A stretch of 64,000 nucleotides of DNA from Chloroflexota bacterium (lineage in GTDB: Bacteria; Chloroflexota; Anaerolineae; Caldilineales; Caldilineaceae): positions 67,531-131,530 of the forward strand of contig DMDA01000101.1 in assembly GCA_003451595.1 (NCBI GenBank), in the 5' to 3' direction. This document shows positions 23,165-34,202 of the stretch, piece by piece. The stretch's first letter is position 1; every line of letters begins with the position of its first letter. The notes below the pieces were generated by a model. The model was not told where the DNA came from, did not search any database, and saw nothing but the letters and a program-made list of their open reading frames with translations. The translations under genes were made by a program, and so were the position numbers.

Positions 23165-23194
23165 TTGACACCTCTTCTCTGGCTGTGCTATACT
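23165..23194 (+). promoter_or_regulatory. Near-consensus promoter TTGACA-N18-TATACT with TG-extended -10, upstream of the sugar ABC operon
   Basis: ttgaca at 23165-23170 and tatact at 23189-23194. The 13-mer gctgtgctatact is identical to the one upstream of the BREX-like operon (43752-43764). Confidence 0.6.
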
Positions 23195-23331
23195 CCGATT
23201 AAGTTCCCAGTTGCGAACACGTTTCACATATATGAACAACACATGAGCAGTCGTACATATGCAACCGTGTTCGATGGCGCAGAATATTCTCCACAATCAG
23301 TTGAAGTTGGATTATGTTCAGGAGGATTTTC

Positions 23332-25014
23332 ATGATGAAAAATGTTCTGCTGAGGTTGACGCTGTTTGTTGCGCTGTTGCTCTCCGCCTGTGCGGGCCCG
23401 CCGCAGGCTACGCAGCCCGTAACTGCGCCCGCTGATCAACCGGCCGCCACGCCGGTGCCGGCGGATGTACTCGCGGCGCAGCCCTGGCGCCAGACCGACG
23501 CCTACAGTCCGCTGCCGGAGCGCGCCAGCCTGGTGCTCGTCAAGGGTGGGCAAGAGAACGCCTCACTCATGCCCGAAGGTGAATCCATCGAGAACAATCG
23601 CGCCCTGCAGTATATCGAAGACACGCTAAACGTCGATATTTCCTTTGCCTGGGTGGTATCCAGCGACAGCTTCACCGACAAACTGAACCTATCGATCGCC
23701 AGTGGCGACATTCCCGACGTGATGATTGTCGACCCGATCCAGCTTCAACAGTTGACCGAGGCAGACGCCATCGAAGACCTGACGGGTATCGTCGAGAAGT
23801 ATGCCAACGCCGACATTCTGGAAAACTGGCAGCAGACCGGCGGCGTAGCGTTGGCCGCAGCCACCATCGGCGGCAAGGTGATGGGCATCCCGAATGTGCA
23901 ACCACAGGCCGACGCACCGATCATGGCGTGGGTGCGCCAGGATTGGCTGGACAAGCTGGGACTGGCGGGGCCGGAGACAGTCGATGACGTGGAAGCCATT
24001 GCGCGCGCCTTCATGGAACAAGACCCAGACGGCAACGGTGCGGCGGACACCATCGGACTGACCGGCACCATGAACCCTGTGCAGGTGCCGAGCAATCTGC
24101 ATGGCTTCGACGCCATCTTCAACGCCTACGGTGCGTTCCCGGAAATCTTCTTCCGCAACGATGAGGGACAGATCGTCTATGGTTCGGTGCAGCCAGAGAC
24201 CAAAGACGCGCTGGCGCGCCTGGCGGCTCTCTACAAGGAAGGCGTAATCGACCCAGAATTTGCCACAAAGGACGGTGGCAAGGCCAATGAGATCATCGTG
24301 GGCGGCAAGGGCGGCATCATGATGGGACCGTGGTGGGTTCCGTGGTGGCCGCTGGCAGACTCGGTGAGCAACGATCCCAACGCCGATTGGCAGCCCTTCC
24401 TGATCAAAGACAAGCATGGTGAGCACACCTTTGCCATGGGTGACTACACCTACAGCTTCGTCGTCGTCAAGAAGGGCTATCCGCATCCTGAAATCGCCCT
24501 GAAGATTCTCAACGTGCAAAACGACCTCAGCTACGGTTTGAACGACGCACCGCAGTACTACCCGAACTTCAACGAAATCTGGACGCTGCTCTTCCCGATC
24601 CCCTTCCTGATTGAGCAGCCCTATGTCGTGGAGCGCATGGCGCGAGAATACCAGCAGGCGCTGGACGGCAAGCTCGACCCGGCCACCTTCAGCGAGGCGA
24701 TGAAGATCGAGTTCGACCAGATTCAGAAAGACATCGCTGCACCGCGCAGCGACCCGTCCAATTGGGCTGTGCGCATGGCGCGTCTGGACGCGGCGCTGCT
24801 GCTTGCAGGCGGCTACAACGAGGTGCGCACCGATCCGGTGGCGTCGCGTGTGATCGCCGTTGACCCGACGTGGCCGGCGCTGAAGAAGCTGGAAGAGGAA
24901 GCCTTCCTGCAGATCATCACGGGCGCCAGGCCGGTAGATGATTTCGATGCCTTCGTGGAAGAATGGAACAACACCGGCGGCGCGGCGCTGTTGGCGAAAA
25001 TGAACCAGGGATAG
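23332..25014 (+). CDS. Large extracellular solute-binding lipoprotein of a carbohydrate ABC importer
   Basis: Signal peptide with lipobox [11 protein letters not shown] ggagga before ATG 23332, followed by two sugar-type permease genes. Confidence 0.8.
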   Translation: MMKNVLLRLTLFVALLLSACAGPPQATQPVTAPADQPAATPVPADVLAAQPWRQTDAYSPLPERASLVLVKGGQENASLMPEGESIENNRALQYIEDTLNVDISFAWVVSSDSFTDKLNLSIASGDIPDVMIVDPIQLQQLTEADAIEDLTGIVEKYANADILENWQQTGGVALAAATIGGKVMGIPNVQPQADAPIMAWVRQDWLDKLGLAGPETVDDVEAIARAFMEQDPDGNGAADTIGLTGTMNPVQVPSNLHGFDAIFNAYGAFPEIFFRNDEGQIVYGSVQPETKDALARLAALYKEGVIDPEFATKDGGKANEIIVGGKGGIMMGPWWVPWWPLADSVSNDPNADWQPFLIKDKHGEHTFAMGDYTYSFVVVKKGYPHPEIALKILNVQNDLSYGLNDAPQYYPNFNEIWTLLFPIPFLIEQPYVVERMAREYQQALDGKLDPATFSEAMKIEFDQIQKDIAAPRSDPSNWAVRMARLDAALLLAGGYNEVRTDPVASRVIAVDPTWPALKKLEEEAFLQIITGARPVDDFDAFVEEWNNTGGAALLAKMNQG

Positions 25015-25031
25015 GACAGCGCAGTTGCGGC

Positions 25032-25072
25032 GGCGGCTGCACGCAGATCACTTAACAATCTGCGTACAGCCG
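25032..25072 (+). other. Intercistronic stem-loop after the binding-protein gene
   Basis: gcggctgcacgcagat pairs with atctgcgtacagccgc (16 bp, one mismatch, 9-nt loop). No U-tract follows. Confidence 0.5.
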
Positions 25073-25115
25073 CCACGCGCTTGTACCCTGCGTGCTAGCA
25101 ATTAAGAGGCCTGCC

Positions 25116-26006
25116 ATGTTCAAGGACAGCGAGCGGCGCGCCTATTACGTCATGATCCTACCCGGGCTGGCGCTGATGGTTGCTTTCACCTTTGTGCCGC
25201 TGGCCTACTCTGTGATCGCGTTCCAAAAATTCAACCCGGCGCTAGGTGTGCAAGGCTCGCCATGGGTGGGGTTGGACAACATCCTCTATATGTTCAGCCT
25301 GCGCGATGCGCGGCAGGTCTTTTTCAACACCATCTTCATCGCCACCATGAAGATGATCGTCGTGCTGGTGGCAGCGGTTGCTTTTGCGCTGCTGCTCAAC
25401 GAAGTGCGCTTTCTGCGCATCCGGCGCTCAATCCAGACGATGGTCTACCTGCCGCACTTTCTCTCGTGGGTGATCCTGGCAGGCATCCTGCGCACGATTC
25501 TGGCGCGTGATGGCCTGGTCAACGACTTCCTGGCAATCTTCGGCATCGGCCCCATCTATTTTCTCGGCCAGCCCAACATCTTTCCCTGGGTGATTATCTT
25601 CAGCGACGTGTGGAAGGAGTTTGGCTTCGAGGCCATCGTCTATCTAGCCGCGCTAACTTCCATCGATCCGACGCTCTACGAAGTTGCGGAGTTGGATGGC
25701 GCCAATCGTGTGCAAAAGATGCGCTACATCTCGATTCCGGGCATTGCGCCGGTGATCGTACTGGTGGCATGTCTCAGCATCGGCAATGTGCTCAACGCCG
25801 GCTTCGACCAGATCTTCAACCTCTATAGCCCCATCGTCTACTCGACCGGCGACATCATCGACACCTACGTCTATCGCATCGGTCTGATCCAGGGGCAGTA
25901 CAGTTTGGGCACGGCAGTGGGGCTATTCAAGACCGTGGTGGCGCTGATCCTGATCGGCGTCTCCTACTGGGCGGCGGGCAAATTCGCTAACTATCGCATC
26001 TTCTAG
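25116..26006 (+). CDS. Carbohydrate ABC transporter permease
   Basis: Multi-TM protein of the MalF/LplB type. RBS aagagg lies before ATG 25116. Confidence 0.8.
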   Translation: MFKDSERRAYYVMILPGLALMVAFTFVPLAYSVIAFQKFNPALGVQGSPWVGLDNILYMFSLRDARQVFFNTIFIATMKMIVVLVAAVAFALLLNEVRFLRIRRSIQTMVYLPHFLSWVILAGILRTILARDGLVNDFLAIFGIGPIYFLGQPNIFPWVIIFSDVWKEFGFEAIVYLAALTSIDPTLYEVAELDGANRVQKMRYISIPGIAPVIVLVACLSIGNVLNAGFDQIFNLYSPIVYSTGDIIDTYVYRIGLIQGQYSLGTAVGLFKTVVALILIGVSYWAAGKFANYRIF

Positions 26007-26015
26007 GAGCGCAGC

Positions 26016-26894
26016 ATGGTGTTTCGCAGCACAACCGACCGCATCGTTGACTATCTGATCACGACGCTATTGATCTTGGTCGGCGTAACCGCGTTGCTGC
26101 CGCTGGTCAACACGCTGGCGATCTCGTTGAGCGACAAGGCGGCGGTGAGCGGCGGCATGGTCGGGCTGTGGCCCGTGGGTTTCAACCTGGACGCCTACGG
26201 TTTCATCCTGCGTGACGACAAGTTCTGGCGAGCCTTTGGCGTGTCAGTGTTACGCGTGCTGCTCGGCGGTGCGCTCAACTTCGTGCTGACCGTCATGACA
26301 GCCTTCCCGCTCTCGCGCAGCACCAGGGCATTTCCGGCGCGCGATCTCTTCATGTGGCTCTTTGTCTTTGGCATGATTCTCAATGTAGGCATCGTGCCCT
26401 GGTACCTGACCGTCAGTGGCTACGGCCTGCTCGACTCGATCTGGGCGCTGGTGCTGCCGGGCGCCGTGCCGATCTGGAGCGTGATCCTGCTGATGAATTT
26501 TTTCCGCAGCATCCCCAAAGAGCTAGATGAAGCAGCGCGCATCGATGGCGCCACTCCCTGGCAACTGCTGTGGAGCATCTACCTGCCGACCTCCCTGCCT
26601 GCGCTGGCGACGATCACGCTCTTCAGCATCGTCGGACACTGGAACTCCTTCTTCGACGGGTTAATCCTGATGAACAACCCCGACAACTATCCGCTGCAGA
26701 CCTATATCCAACAGTTGGTGATCGCCGACCGGCCCGCCCTCCATGGCGGACAGGCGGCGCTGATGGCGCAGATTTCCAACAACACCCTCAATGCTGCCAA
26801 ACTTTTCGTGGCGATGATCCCGATCCTGCTCATTTATCCGTTGTTGCAACGCTACTTCGTGCGCGGGATCATGCTGGGCGCGGTGAAGGAATAG
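26016..26894 (+). CDS. Carbohydrate ABC transporter permease
   Basis: Multi-TM protein with an EAA-like loop ([18 protein letters not shown]). Confidence 0.8.
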   Translation: MVFRSTTDRIVDYLITTLLILVGVTALLPLVNTLAISLSDKAAVSGGMVGLWPVGFNLDAYGFILRDDKFWRAFGVSVLRVLLGGALNFVLTVMTAFPLSRSTRAFPARDLFMWLFVFGMILNVGIVPWYLTVSGYGLLDSIWALVLPGAVPIWSVILLMNFFRSIPKELDEAARIDGATPWQLLWSIYLPTSLPALATITLFSIVGHWNSFFDGLILMNNPDNYPLQTYIQQLVIADRPALHGGQAALMAQISNNTLNAAKLFVAMIPILLIYPLLQRYFVRGIMLGAVKE

Positions 26895-27075
26895 CGGCGC
26901 GACGCCAGCCCTGCGCCGCTGGCACTGTGTAACTGCCGTGCAACCCCCGTGTGCCATAATGCTGCACCAAAGACAGCCAACAAGCTGGCTTGTGCCATGC
27001 GTCATGTGACCCGGCGGTCCGGCGCGCAACACACACCAGACGCCTGATTACCCAATCACACAACCTTTCCATCCC

Positions 27076-28602
27076 ATGCACGCCGCCGATCTGCTAAGCA
27101 AACGCGCCGAATTGACGCCCGATCGGGTTGCCCTGGTCGAAGTCGAAACTGGCTGCCGCTACACCTATGCCCAGCTCAACGCCCGCGCCAATCGGCTCGC
27201 CAACTTTCTGCGCGAGCAACTGAAGGTGCAGCCGGGCGACCGCGTGGCGATCTTGGCGAAAAACAGCGTGGTCTATCTCGATCTGCTCTATGGGTTGCCC
27301 AAGATCGGCGCCATCTTTGCTCCTTTCAACTGGCGATTGACGGCACATGAGTTGGCCTACATGGTCGCTGACCTGACGCCAGCAGTGCTCTTTTGCGAAG
27401 CAGAGTTTGCGGCAGTGGCGACGGAATTACAGCGCCAGGCGCCCGAGCTGCGCCTGGTGATGGTGCGCGGTGCAGCGACGCCAACGGCTCTGGCCTATGA
27501 GGTGGAAGTCGCCATGGCGGATGCCAGCGAACCCCACCGCCCACCAATGGATTTCGAGACGCCCTACTGCATTCTGTACACCTCAGGCACAACCGGTCAC
27601 CCCAAAGGTGCGATCATCCCACATCGCCAGGTGCTCTTCAACGCCATCAACACTGTGATCAGTTGGGGACTAACCGAGCATGACGTGTCGCCAATCTTCA
27701 CGCCCCTGTTCCATGCTGGCGGGCTTTTCGCCTTCCTGACGCCGATCCTCTACGTGGGTGGGCGCATCGTGCTGGCGCGCGACTTCGCACCGGCGGCAAC
27801 GCTGCGCACGATCACGGACGAGCGTTGCACAGTGATCCTCGGCGTGCCCACGCTTTTTCAGATGTGGCTTGAGAGCGCCGAGTTTGACGCCGCTGACTTC
27901 AGCCACGTGCACTTTTTCATTAACGGCGGCGCCGCGTGCCCGCCATCGCTCGTGCAGGCATGGCGTCAGCGCAAGGGCGTCGTCTTTCGCCAGGGCTACG
28001 GCCTGACCGAAGTCGGCGTCAACTGCTTCACTTCCACCGATGAGGAGGCAGCGCGCAAACCAGGGTCGGTGGGCAAACCAATTTTTCACAGCCAGATGCG
28101 CATCATTGACGCCGAGACGGGCGTCGAGGTGGGGGAAGGACAAACCGGCGAGTTGCTGATCAGCGGGCCGCATGTCACCAGCGGTTACTGGCGCCAACCT
28201 GAAGCCACCGCGGCCGCGCTCCGCGATGGCTGGTTCTACACGGGCGACATGGCGCATCGCGACGCCGAAGGTTTCTATTACATCGATGGCCGCTACAAGG
28301 ACATGATCAAGAGCGGCGGCGAAAACATCTACGCCGCTGAGGTCGAAAGCGTCTTCCGCCAACACCCGGCGGTGAAGGACGCGGCGCTGATCGGTCGCCC
28401 TGACCCAACATGGGGTGAGGTTGGTGTGCTGATCGTCGTGCGCGCCGAAGGGCAACCCGGCGACGCCGATGCGTTGCTTGCTTTCGCACACGAACGCCTG
28501 GCGCGCTACAAGCTCCCCAAGACGATCATCTTCGCCGACGCACTACCTTATTCGCCCTACGGCAAGGTGGAGAAGGTGAAACTGCGCCAGATGTACACAT
28601 AG
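27076..28602 (+). CDS. AMP-dependent acyl-CoA synthetase/ligase
   Basis: AMP-binding motif YTSGTTGHPKG, plus GYGLTE and YRTGD-like YTGDM. Confidence 0.85.
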   Translation: MHAADLLSKRAELTPDRVALVEVETGCRYTYAQLNARANRLANFLREQLKVQPGDRVAILAKNSVVYLDLLYGLPKIGAIFAPFNWRLTAHELAYMVADLTPAVLFCEAEFAAVATELQRQAPELRLVMVRGAATPTALAYEVEVAMADASEPHRPPMDFETPYCILYTSGTTGHPKGAIIPHRQVLFNAINTVISWGLTEHDVSPIFTPLFHAGGLFAFLTPILYVGGRIVLARDFAPAATLRTITDERCTVILGVPTLFQMWLESAEFDAADFSHVHFFINGGAACPPSLVQAWRQRKGVVFRQGYGLTEVGVNCFTSTDEEAARKPGSVGKPIFHSQMRIIDAETGVEVGEGQTGELLISGPHVTSGYWRQPEATAAALRDGWFYTGDMAHRDAEGFYYIDGRYKDMIKSGGENIYAAEVESVFRQHPAVKDAALIGRPDPTWGEVGVLIVVRAEGQPGDADALLAFAHERLARYKLPKTIIFADALPYSPYGKVEKVKLRQMYT

Positions 28603-28658
28603 TCTACTGGAGCCTGCAGTTGCGAACCACAGCTATGCTGTCCATCGAGAGATGATTT

Positions 28659-29465
28659 ATGCCGATCGTACACACGAACGACATCGAACTCTACTACGAG
28701 ATTCAGGGGGCAGGGACGCCGTTGGTGCTGCTGGCCGGGTTGGGCTACCCCGGCTGGCAGTGGCACAAGATGGCGCCACTGCTGGCGCAGCATTGCCAGG
28801 TGATTCTCCCCGACAATCGCGGGGTCGGGCGCAGCAGCAAACCGCCAGGCCCGTACACGGCAGCCATGCTTGCCGCCGACATCGTGGGCTTGCTGGACGC
28901 GCTCGGACTCGACCAGGCAGGGATTCTGGGGCACTCAATGGGCGGCTTTGTCGCACAGGCGCTGGCGTTGGAGTTTCCCTCGCGCGTCAGCAAGCTGATC
29001 CTGGCGGCCACCCACTTTGGCGGGCCACGCCACGCGCCGATTACACCTGCCGCGATGGCAGTGCTCACCGACACAACGGGGGAGCCATTGACGCGACTGC
29101 GAAACGGCATCGTCGTCAGCACGGCGCCCGGCTTTGCCGACGCGCACCCAGAGATCATTGCGGATTGGCTCGCCTGGCGAGCGGCCAATCCGCTCGACTC
29201 GATTGGGTATCAAGCCCAGCTTGCCATTGGGCTAGGCTTGTTGGCGCAGGAGGCAGCCTTTGAACAGCGGTTACCCGCCATCACGATCCCGACGCTGATC
29301 CTTTTTGGCGCCTATGACGCCGTTGTGCCGCCGGCGAACGCTGCCCTGTTGGCGCAACAGATACCCCACAGCCGCGTTCACATCCTGCCTGACGCCGGAC
29401 ACTTCTTCCCGCTGGAAACGCCAGCGGCAGCAGCGGCTGTAGTGAGCGAGTTCATGCGTGAGTAG
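28659..29465 (+). CDS. Alpha/beta-fold hydrolase
   Basis: Nucleophile elbow GHSMGG and C-terminal DAGHF. Confidence 0.8.
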   Translation: MPIVHTNDIELYYEIQGAGTPLVLLAGLGYPGWQWHKMAPLLAQHCQVILPDNRGVGRSSKPPGPYTAAMLAADIVGLLDALGLDQAGILGHSMGGFVAQALALEFPSRVSKLILAATHFGGPRHAPITPAAMAVLTDTTGEPLTRLRNGIVVSTAPGFADAHPEIIADWLAWRAANPLDSIGYQAQLAIGLGLLAQEAAFEQRLPAITIPTLILFGAYDAVVPPANAALLAQQIPHSRVHILPDAGHFFPLETPAAAAAVVSEFMRE

Positions 29466-29629
29466 ACGAAGGATCAACGATTGCCATGGATGAATTTGAC
29501 GCCAATCGAAGCATCGCGCCGCCACGCAAGATGGCGCTGATTCGTTCACGCTGCCGAGCCGAGTTCCACCCAACCCATATCGATAGCTTTCGACCCACTT
29601 TATTTCGTTCACAAGGAGACACAAGGACT

Positions 29630-31021
29630 ATGAAGACTATGCGAATACTCACCCTCCTGACCATCATGTTGTCGCTGCTGCTGGCAGCGTGCGCACCCAC
29701 CACGCCGGCGGCGCCTGTCGAACCGGCGGCGACGGAAGCCACCGCTGCTGAATCCGCCCCTGCTGAATCTGCCGCTGAAGTCGCCGCTGGTGAACCAATC
29801 GCCCTGACCTGCGCCGAACCGCTCAAAGTCGGGTTAATCACCGATGCATCGGGCGCGCTGGCAATCTATGGCGCTCACATCCTGCGGAGCTTCATGCTAG
29901 GCATGGAATACGCTGCTGGCGCGCCTGGCTCCGCCGGCGAAAAGTTCGACTTCACCCAGACCCAGAACAACACCTTCACCTTTGGCGACTGCACCGTCGA
30001 AGTGTTGGTGCGCGACGATAAGAGCACGCCCGACACCACCGCTGCAGTGGCACGCGAGTTGATCGACGTGGATCAAGTTGATGTGATCGTGGGCACCGTT
30101 TCCTCCGGCGCCACCGCTACGCTACAGGGCATCGCCGCTGAAAGCCAGATTCCGCTGATCGTCGCGCCTGCTGCTGCCAATGACATCACCGGCGCCAACT
30201 TCAACGAGTACACCTTCCGCGTCAGCCGCACCAACTACCAGGACGCCATGAACCTCTGTGAGTATCTGCCAACGCAGTACAAGACGCTCGTACAGATTGC
30301 GCCGGATTACAACTTCGGCTGGGGCAGCGCTGCGGCATTCCGTGATGCCTGCACCCTCAACGGCGGTGAATTTGTGGCCGACGACATCCTGGCGCCAGCG
30401 GACACCACCGACTTCACCCCTTACATGGAGCAGATTCTCGACTCCGGCGCCGAGGCATACATTGTGACCTGGGCAGGTGGCGGCTTCATCCCGATGATGC
30501 AGGCGGCAGTTGACACTGGCGTCGCCGAAGAGATGGCGTTGGGTGCAACTTTCGTCGATAACGTGGCGCTGCCCGCCTTCTTCGCCAACGCCATCGGCAC
30601 GACGAGTGGCATCCTCTACAACTGGGCGCTGCCGCAGAATCCGATCAACGATTGGATGGTGGCGGAGACCCGCGCCCGCTACGGTCTGGCGCCCGATCTC
30701 TTCGATGCAGATGGCTTCAACGCGGCGCTGATGTTAGTCAACGGGCTGGCAGCCACCGGCGGCGATGCCAGCGCAGCGGCGTTGATCTCCGCCTTCGAAG
30801 GCATGAGTTTTGAGGGACCCAAAGGCACAATCGAGATTCGCCCCGAAGACCATGTGGCGATCCAGGATATGTACATTGCCAAGCTGGTCAGTGTGACCGA
30901 TCCCGACAGCAAATTCCTGGAGCCAGTGACGACCACACGTCCTCAGCCGCCCTGTCTGCTGCCGGAAGCGTTGAAGGATCGCTGCGGCGCCCTGCCCTAT
31001 GGCAGCCTGAGCGGGCAGTAG
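29630..31021 (+). CDS. Liv-type (branched-chain amino acid/organic acid) ABC substrate-binding lipoprotein
   Basis: MKTMRILTLLTIMLSLLLAACAP lipobox. RBS aaggag is upstream of ATG 29630. The track start at 29486 is rejected. Confidence 0.8.
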   Translation: MKTMRILTLLTIMLSLLLAACAPTTPAAPVEPAATEATAAESAPAESAAEVAAGEPIALTCAEPLKVGLITDASGALAIYGAHILRSFMLGMEYAAGAPGSAGEKFDFTQTQNNTFTFGDCTVEVLVRDDKSTPDTTAAVARELIDVDQVDVIVGTVSSGATATLQGIAAESQIPLIVAPAAANDITGANFNEYTFRVSRTNYQDAMNLCEYLPTQYKTLVQIAPDYNFGWGSAAAFRDACTLNGGEFVADDILAPADTTDFTPYMEQILDSGAEAYIVTWAGGGFIPMMQAAVDTGVAEEMALGATFVDNVALPAFFANAIGTTSGILYNWALPQNPINDWMVAETRARYGLAPDLFDADGFNAALMLVNGLAATGGDASAAALISAFEGMSFEGPKGTIEIRPEDHVAIQDMYIAKLVSVTDPDSKFLEPVTTTRPQPPCLLPEALKDRCGALPYGSLSGQ

Positions 31022-31050
31022 GACAACAGAACGCGGATGACGCGAATCGA

Positions 31051-31085
31051 CGAATAGACGCAGATGAAAAATCAGCGTCTATTCG
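31051..31085 (+). other. Intercistronic stem-loop after the binding-protein gene
   Basis: cgaatagacgc (31051-31061) pairs perfectly with gcgtctattcg (31075-31085) around a 13-nt loop. Confidence 0.5.
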
Positions 31086-31155
31086 CCCAATCCGCATCAT
31101 CCAAGTTCTATCAAGTCCGTGTAGCAAAATCGTTGGTGAGTACGAGCAGATAGCC

Positions 31156-31926
31156 ATGTCCAGTGATGTGATCTTCGAAGCGGTCAACCTGCGCAAGCAG
31201 TTCGGCGCGCTGGCGGCAGTCGATGGCGTGAGCATCCAGGTGCGCCGCGGCTCGCTGCACGCCATCATCGGGCCGAATGGCGCCGGCAAGACGACGCTCT
31301 TCAACCTGATGAGCGGCAACCTTAAACCGACCAGCGGTCGCGTCCTCTTCAACGGTCGCGACATCACGCGCGAGCCGGTGCACCGCACGATTCACTTCGG
31401 CATTGGGCGCTCTTTCCAGATCACCAATATCTTCCCCAGTCTGACCGTTTTCGAGAACATCCGCCTGGCGGCGCAGGCATTAGGGCGCGACAACTTCAAA
31501 TTCTGGCGGTCGGCGACGCACTTCACGCGCTACGAAGCGCGCACATGGGAAGTGATCGAACAGGTGGGACTGACAGCGCGTGCTCACACTGCGGCGCGCA
31601 CGCTCCCTCACGGCGACCAACGCAAGCTGGAGCTGGGTGTGATCCTGGCGCCAGACCCGGAAGTGCTGATGCTCGACGAACCTACCGCTGGCATGGCTTC
31701 CGAACAGGTGCCAGAGTTGATCGCGCTGATCCAACAGATCCAAAAAACGGGCGACAAGACAATCATGCTCGTAGAACACAACATGAACGTAGTGATGAAT
31801 GTGTCCGACACGATCACGGTAATGCATATGGGCAAGGTGCTGGCTGAGGGCGCTCCCGCCGCTATCGCCGCCAACCCAGCTGTGCAGACGGCGTATCTCG
31901 GCGGGCTGTACACGTTGAGTTTTTGA
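31156..31926 (+). CDS. ABC transporter ATP-binding protein (LivG-like)
   Basis: Walker A GPNGAGKTT and Walker B VLMLDEPTAG. Confidence 0.85.
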   Translation: MSSDVIFEAVNLRKQFGALAAVDGVSIQVRRGSLHAIIGPNGAGKTTLFNLMSGNLKPTSGRVLFNGRDITREPVHRTIHFGIGRSFQITNIFPSLTVFENIRLAAQALGRDNFKFWRSATHFTRYEARTWEVIEQVGLTARAHTAARTLPHGDQRKLELGVILAPDPEVLMLDEPTAGMASEQVPELIALIQQIQKTGDKTIMLVEHNMNVVMNVSDTITVMHMGKVLAEGAPAAIAANPAVQTAYLGGLYTLSF

Positions 31927-31944
31927 ACGGCGAGGGGCAAGGGA

Positions 31945-32649
31945 ATGGATTATTTGCTCGACGTGCAGGACATTCACACCTTCATCGGGCAGTATCACAT
32001 CCTGCAAGGAGTGGACGTGCACGTGCCCAAAGGGAGCATCACCGCGCTCTTGGGACGCAACGGCGCGGGCAAGACGACCACGCTCAAGTCGATTCTGGGG
32101 CTGACGCCGCCGCGCCAGGGAAGTGTGCGCTTTGCTGGGCAGGAGCTGCGCGGGTTGGCTGCATTCGATGTTGCCGCTCTGGGCATCGGCTTTGTTCCCG
32201 AACACCGCGCCATTTTTCGCGACCTCACGGTTGAGGAGAATCTGCGCATCGCCGAACGGCGCAAGGGCGACTATGCGCGCAAGCAGGCGTTCATCTTTAG
32301 CCTCTTCCCCGACCTGCAGCGGCTGATCGGGTTGTCGGGCGGCGCCCTCTCTGGCGGCCAGCAGCAGATGCTTGCCATCGCCCGCGCCCTCGTGCCGGAC
32401 AATCGCTTGTTGCTGATCGACGAACCGAGCGAAGGGTTGGCGCCAGTGGTCATCGAACACATGATGGCGGCAATTCGCCAGCTGGCCACCGAGGCCACCA
32501 TCGTGCTCGTCGAACAAAATTTCCTGGTGGCGAGTCAACTCGCTGAAACCTATGTCATCATCGAGGAGGGACGCTCGGTGCAAGCTGGCGCAATGCGCGA
32601 TCTGGTCAACGATAAAGCCACCATCCACCGCTACCTGGGCGCTGCCTGA
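31945..32649 (+). CDS. ABC transporter ATP-binding protein (LivF-like)
   Basis: Walker A GRNGAGKTT, signature LSGGQQQML, Walker B LLLIDEPSEG. Confidence 0.85.
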   Translation: MDYLLDVQDIHTFIGQYHILQGVDVHVPKGSITALLGRNGAGKTTTLKSILGLTPPRQGSVRFAGQELRGLAAFDVAALGIGFVPEHRAIFRDLTVEENLRIAERRKGDYARKQAFIFSLFPDLQRLIGLSGGALSGGQQQMLAIARALVPDNRLLLIDEPSEGLAPVVIEHMMAAIRQLATEATIVLVEQNFLVASQLAETYVIIEEGRSVQAGAMRDLVNDKATIHRYLGAA

Positions 32650-32657
32650 GAAAAGCT

Positions 32658-34199
32658 ATGAACACATTCTTGCGCAAGAATCTGCTGCTGCTCCTCACAT
32701 TGGCGGTGTTGGCCGGTTTTCTGGCGGCCGCAGGGCGCAACATGGAGACCTCTGACTTCGTCATTACGCTGCTGCGCGGCTTTTCTGTTGGTGCGCTCAC
32801 CTTCCTGGTGGCGTCAGGCTTTTCGCTCATCTTTGGGCTGCTGGATGTGCTCAACCTGGCGCACGGCACCCTCTTCATGATCGGCGCCTACGCTGGCTGG
32901 ACAGTCTATGTGCGCCCAGACACCTTCATCGACCTGGTGACGCCGCTGGCGTTGCTGGTTAGCGGATTCACGCTGGCTGACGCGTGGCGCCACCTTGCCG
33001 TGCGTATCTCAATGACGGGGCGCGGGGTGGCGGCATGGATCGGCTTTGGCGTCGCCGCACTGCTGCTGGCCTACATCCTGCCGCGCTATCCGATCGCAAT
33101 GTGGAATGTAGACGACTACGCACAAAGCCCGGTCGCGTATTCGTTGGCGGCCAGTCAGGGACAGGTGACGCCGCCCCCCGCCGCCACCTTTACGGAAATC
33201 GCGCCCGGCGTGGCGGTGCTTGGCTTGCTCATCAGCAGCGCGTTCATCGCCTTTGGTCTGGCGTGGCTGCGCAGTGGAGGGCAGGCAGGGCGTCCGTTGA
33301 CGTGGCGCAGCTTCACACGCGTGGCGATGGTGCTGCTCGTCGGTCTTGGCGCGCTGATCTTCAACGATGCGCTCACCGCCTGGCTCTTTGCGCTGAACTC
33401 GAACTGGCTCTTCGCCATCGCCGTGGCCGTGAGCGTGGCAACCGGCGTAGCACTGGGTGGGCTGATGGAGGTGACATTGATTCGCCCGCTCTATGTGCGC
33501 CCGATCTACCAGTTGATGCTAACGCTAGGTCTGAGCGTGATCGGCACGGAGCTGGTGCGCGCCATCTGGGGTCGCCCTGAATTCACCATGCCCAAGCCTG
33601 AATTGTTCGCGGGCACGGGCGCAGGCTGTCCGGCGACAACCTTCGGCGACTGGCTCACCCATCATTGTTCAACGGTTATATTGTTTGAGGGACGCGTGCG
33701 CGTCTACAACGAGATTTTCATCCCGCTGGTAGGACTGGTCGTGCTCATCTCGATCTGGATTCTGCTCAAGCGCTCGCGGCTGGGGATGATCATTCGCGCC
33801 GGCGTGCAGGATCGACAGATGGTGGAAGCGCTGGGCATCAACGTGCGCCGCGTCTTCACACAGGTCTTTGCGTTGGGCGTCGGACTGGCAGCGCTGGGTG
33901 GCGTACTGGCCGCGCCGTCGATTGGCCTCTCCAATACGATGGGGGAGAGTTTCCTACTCAACGCGCTGATCGCCCTCGCTATCGGTGGGCTGACCAGCTA
34001 TCCAGGCGCAGCGCTCGGCTCGTTGTTGGTGGGGTTGCTCCAGCAGTTCATCATCAAGTACGGTCAGATCGGCATTCCCATCCCCTTTACCGAGATTCTC
34101 TTCAAGCCGACGCCGCCGATCGTGCCGGCTTCGACGGTGCTGCTGATGGTGATCGTGTTGCTGATTATGCCCAACGGCCTACTAGGGAAGAAGGAGTAG
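32658..34199 (+). CDS. Branched-chain-type ABC permease (LivH-like, extended)
   Basis: Multi-TM protein in the operon position of LivH. It is longer than typical. Confidence 0.75.
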   Translation: MNTFLRKNLLLLLTLAVLAGFLAAAGRNMETSDFVITLLRGFSVGALTFLVASGFSLIFGLLDVLNLAHGTLFMIGAYAGWTVYVRPDTFIDLVTPLALLVSGFTLADAWRHLAVRISMTGRGVAAWIGFGVAALLLAYILPRYPIAMWNVDDYAQSPVAYSLAASQGQVTPPPAATFTEIAPGVAVLGLLISSAFIAFGLAWLRSGGQAGRPLTWRSFTRVAMVLLVGLGALIFNDALTAWLFALNSNWLFAIAVAVSVATGVALGGLMEVTLIRPLYVRPIYQLMLTLGLSVIGTELVRAIWGRPEFTMPKPELFAGTGAGCPATTFGDWLTHHCSTVILFEGRVRVYNEIFIPLVGLVVLISIWILLKRSRLGMIIRAGVQDRQMVEALGINVRRVFTQVFALGVGLAALGGVLAAPSIGLSNTMGESFLLNALIALAIGGLTSYPGAALGSLLVGLLQQFIIKYGQIGIPIPFTEILFKPTPPIVPASTVLLMVIVLLIMPNGLLGKKE

Positions 34200-34202
34200 A
34201 CG

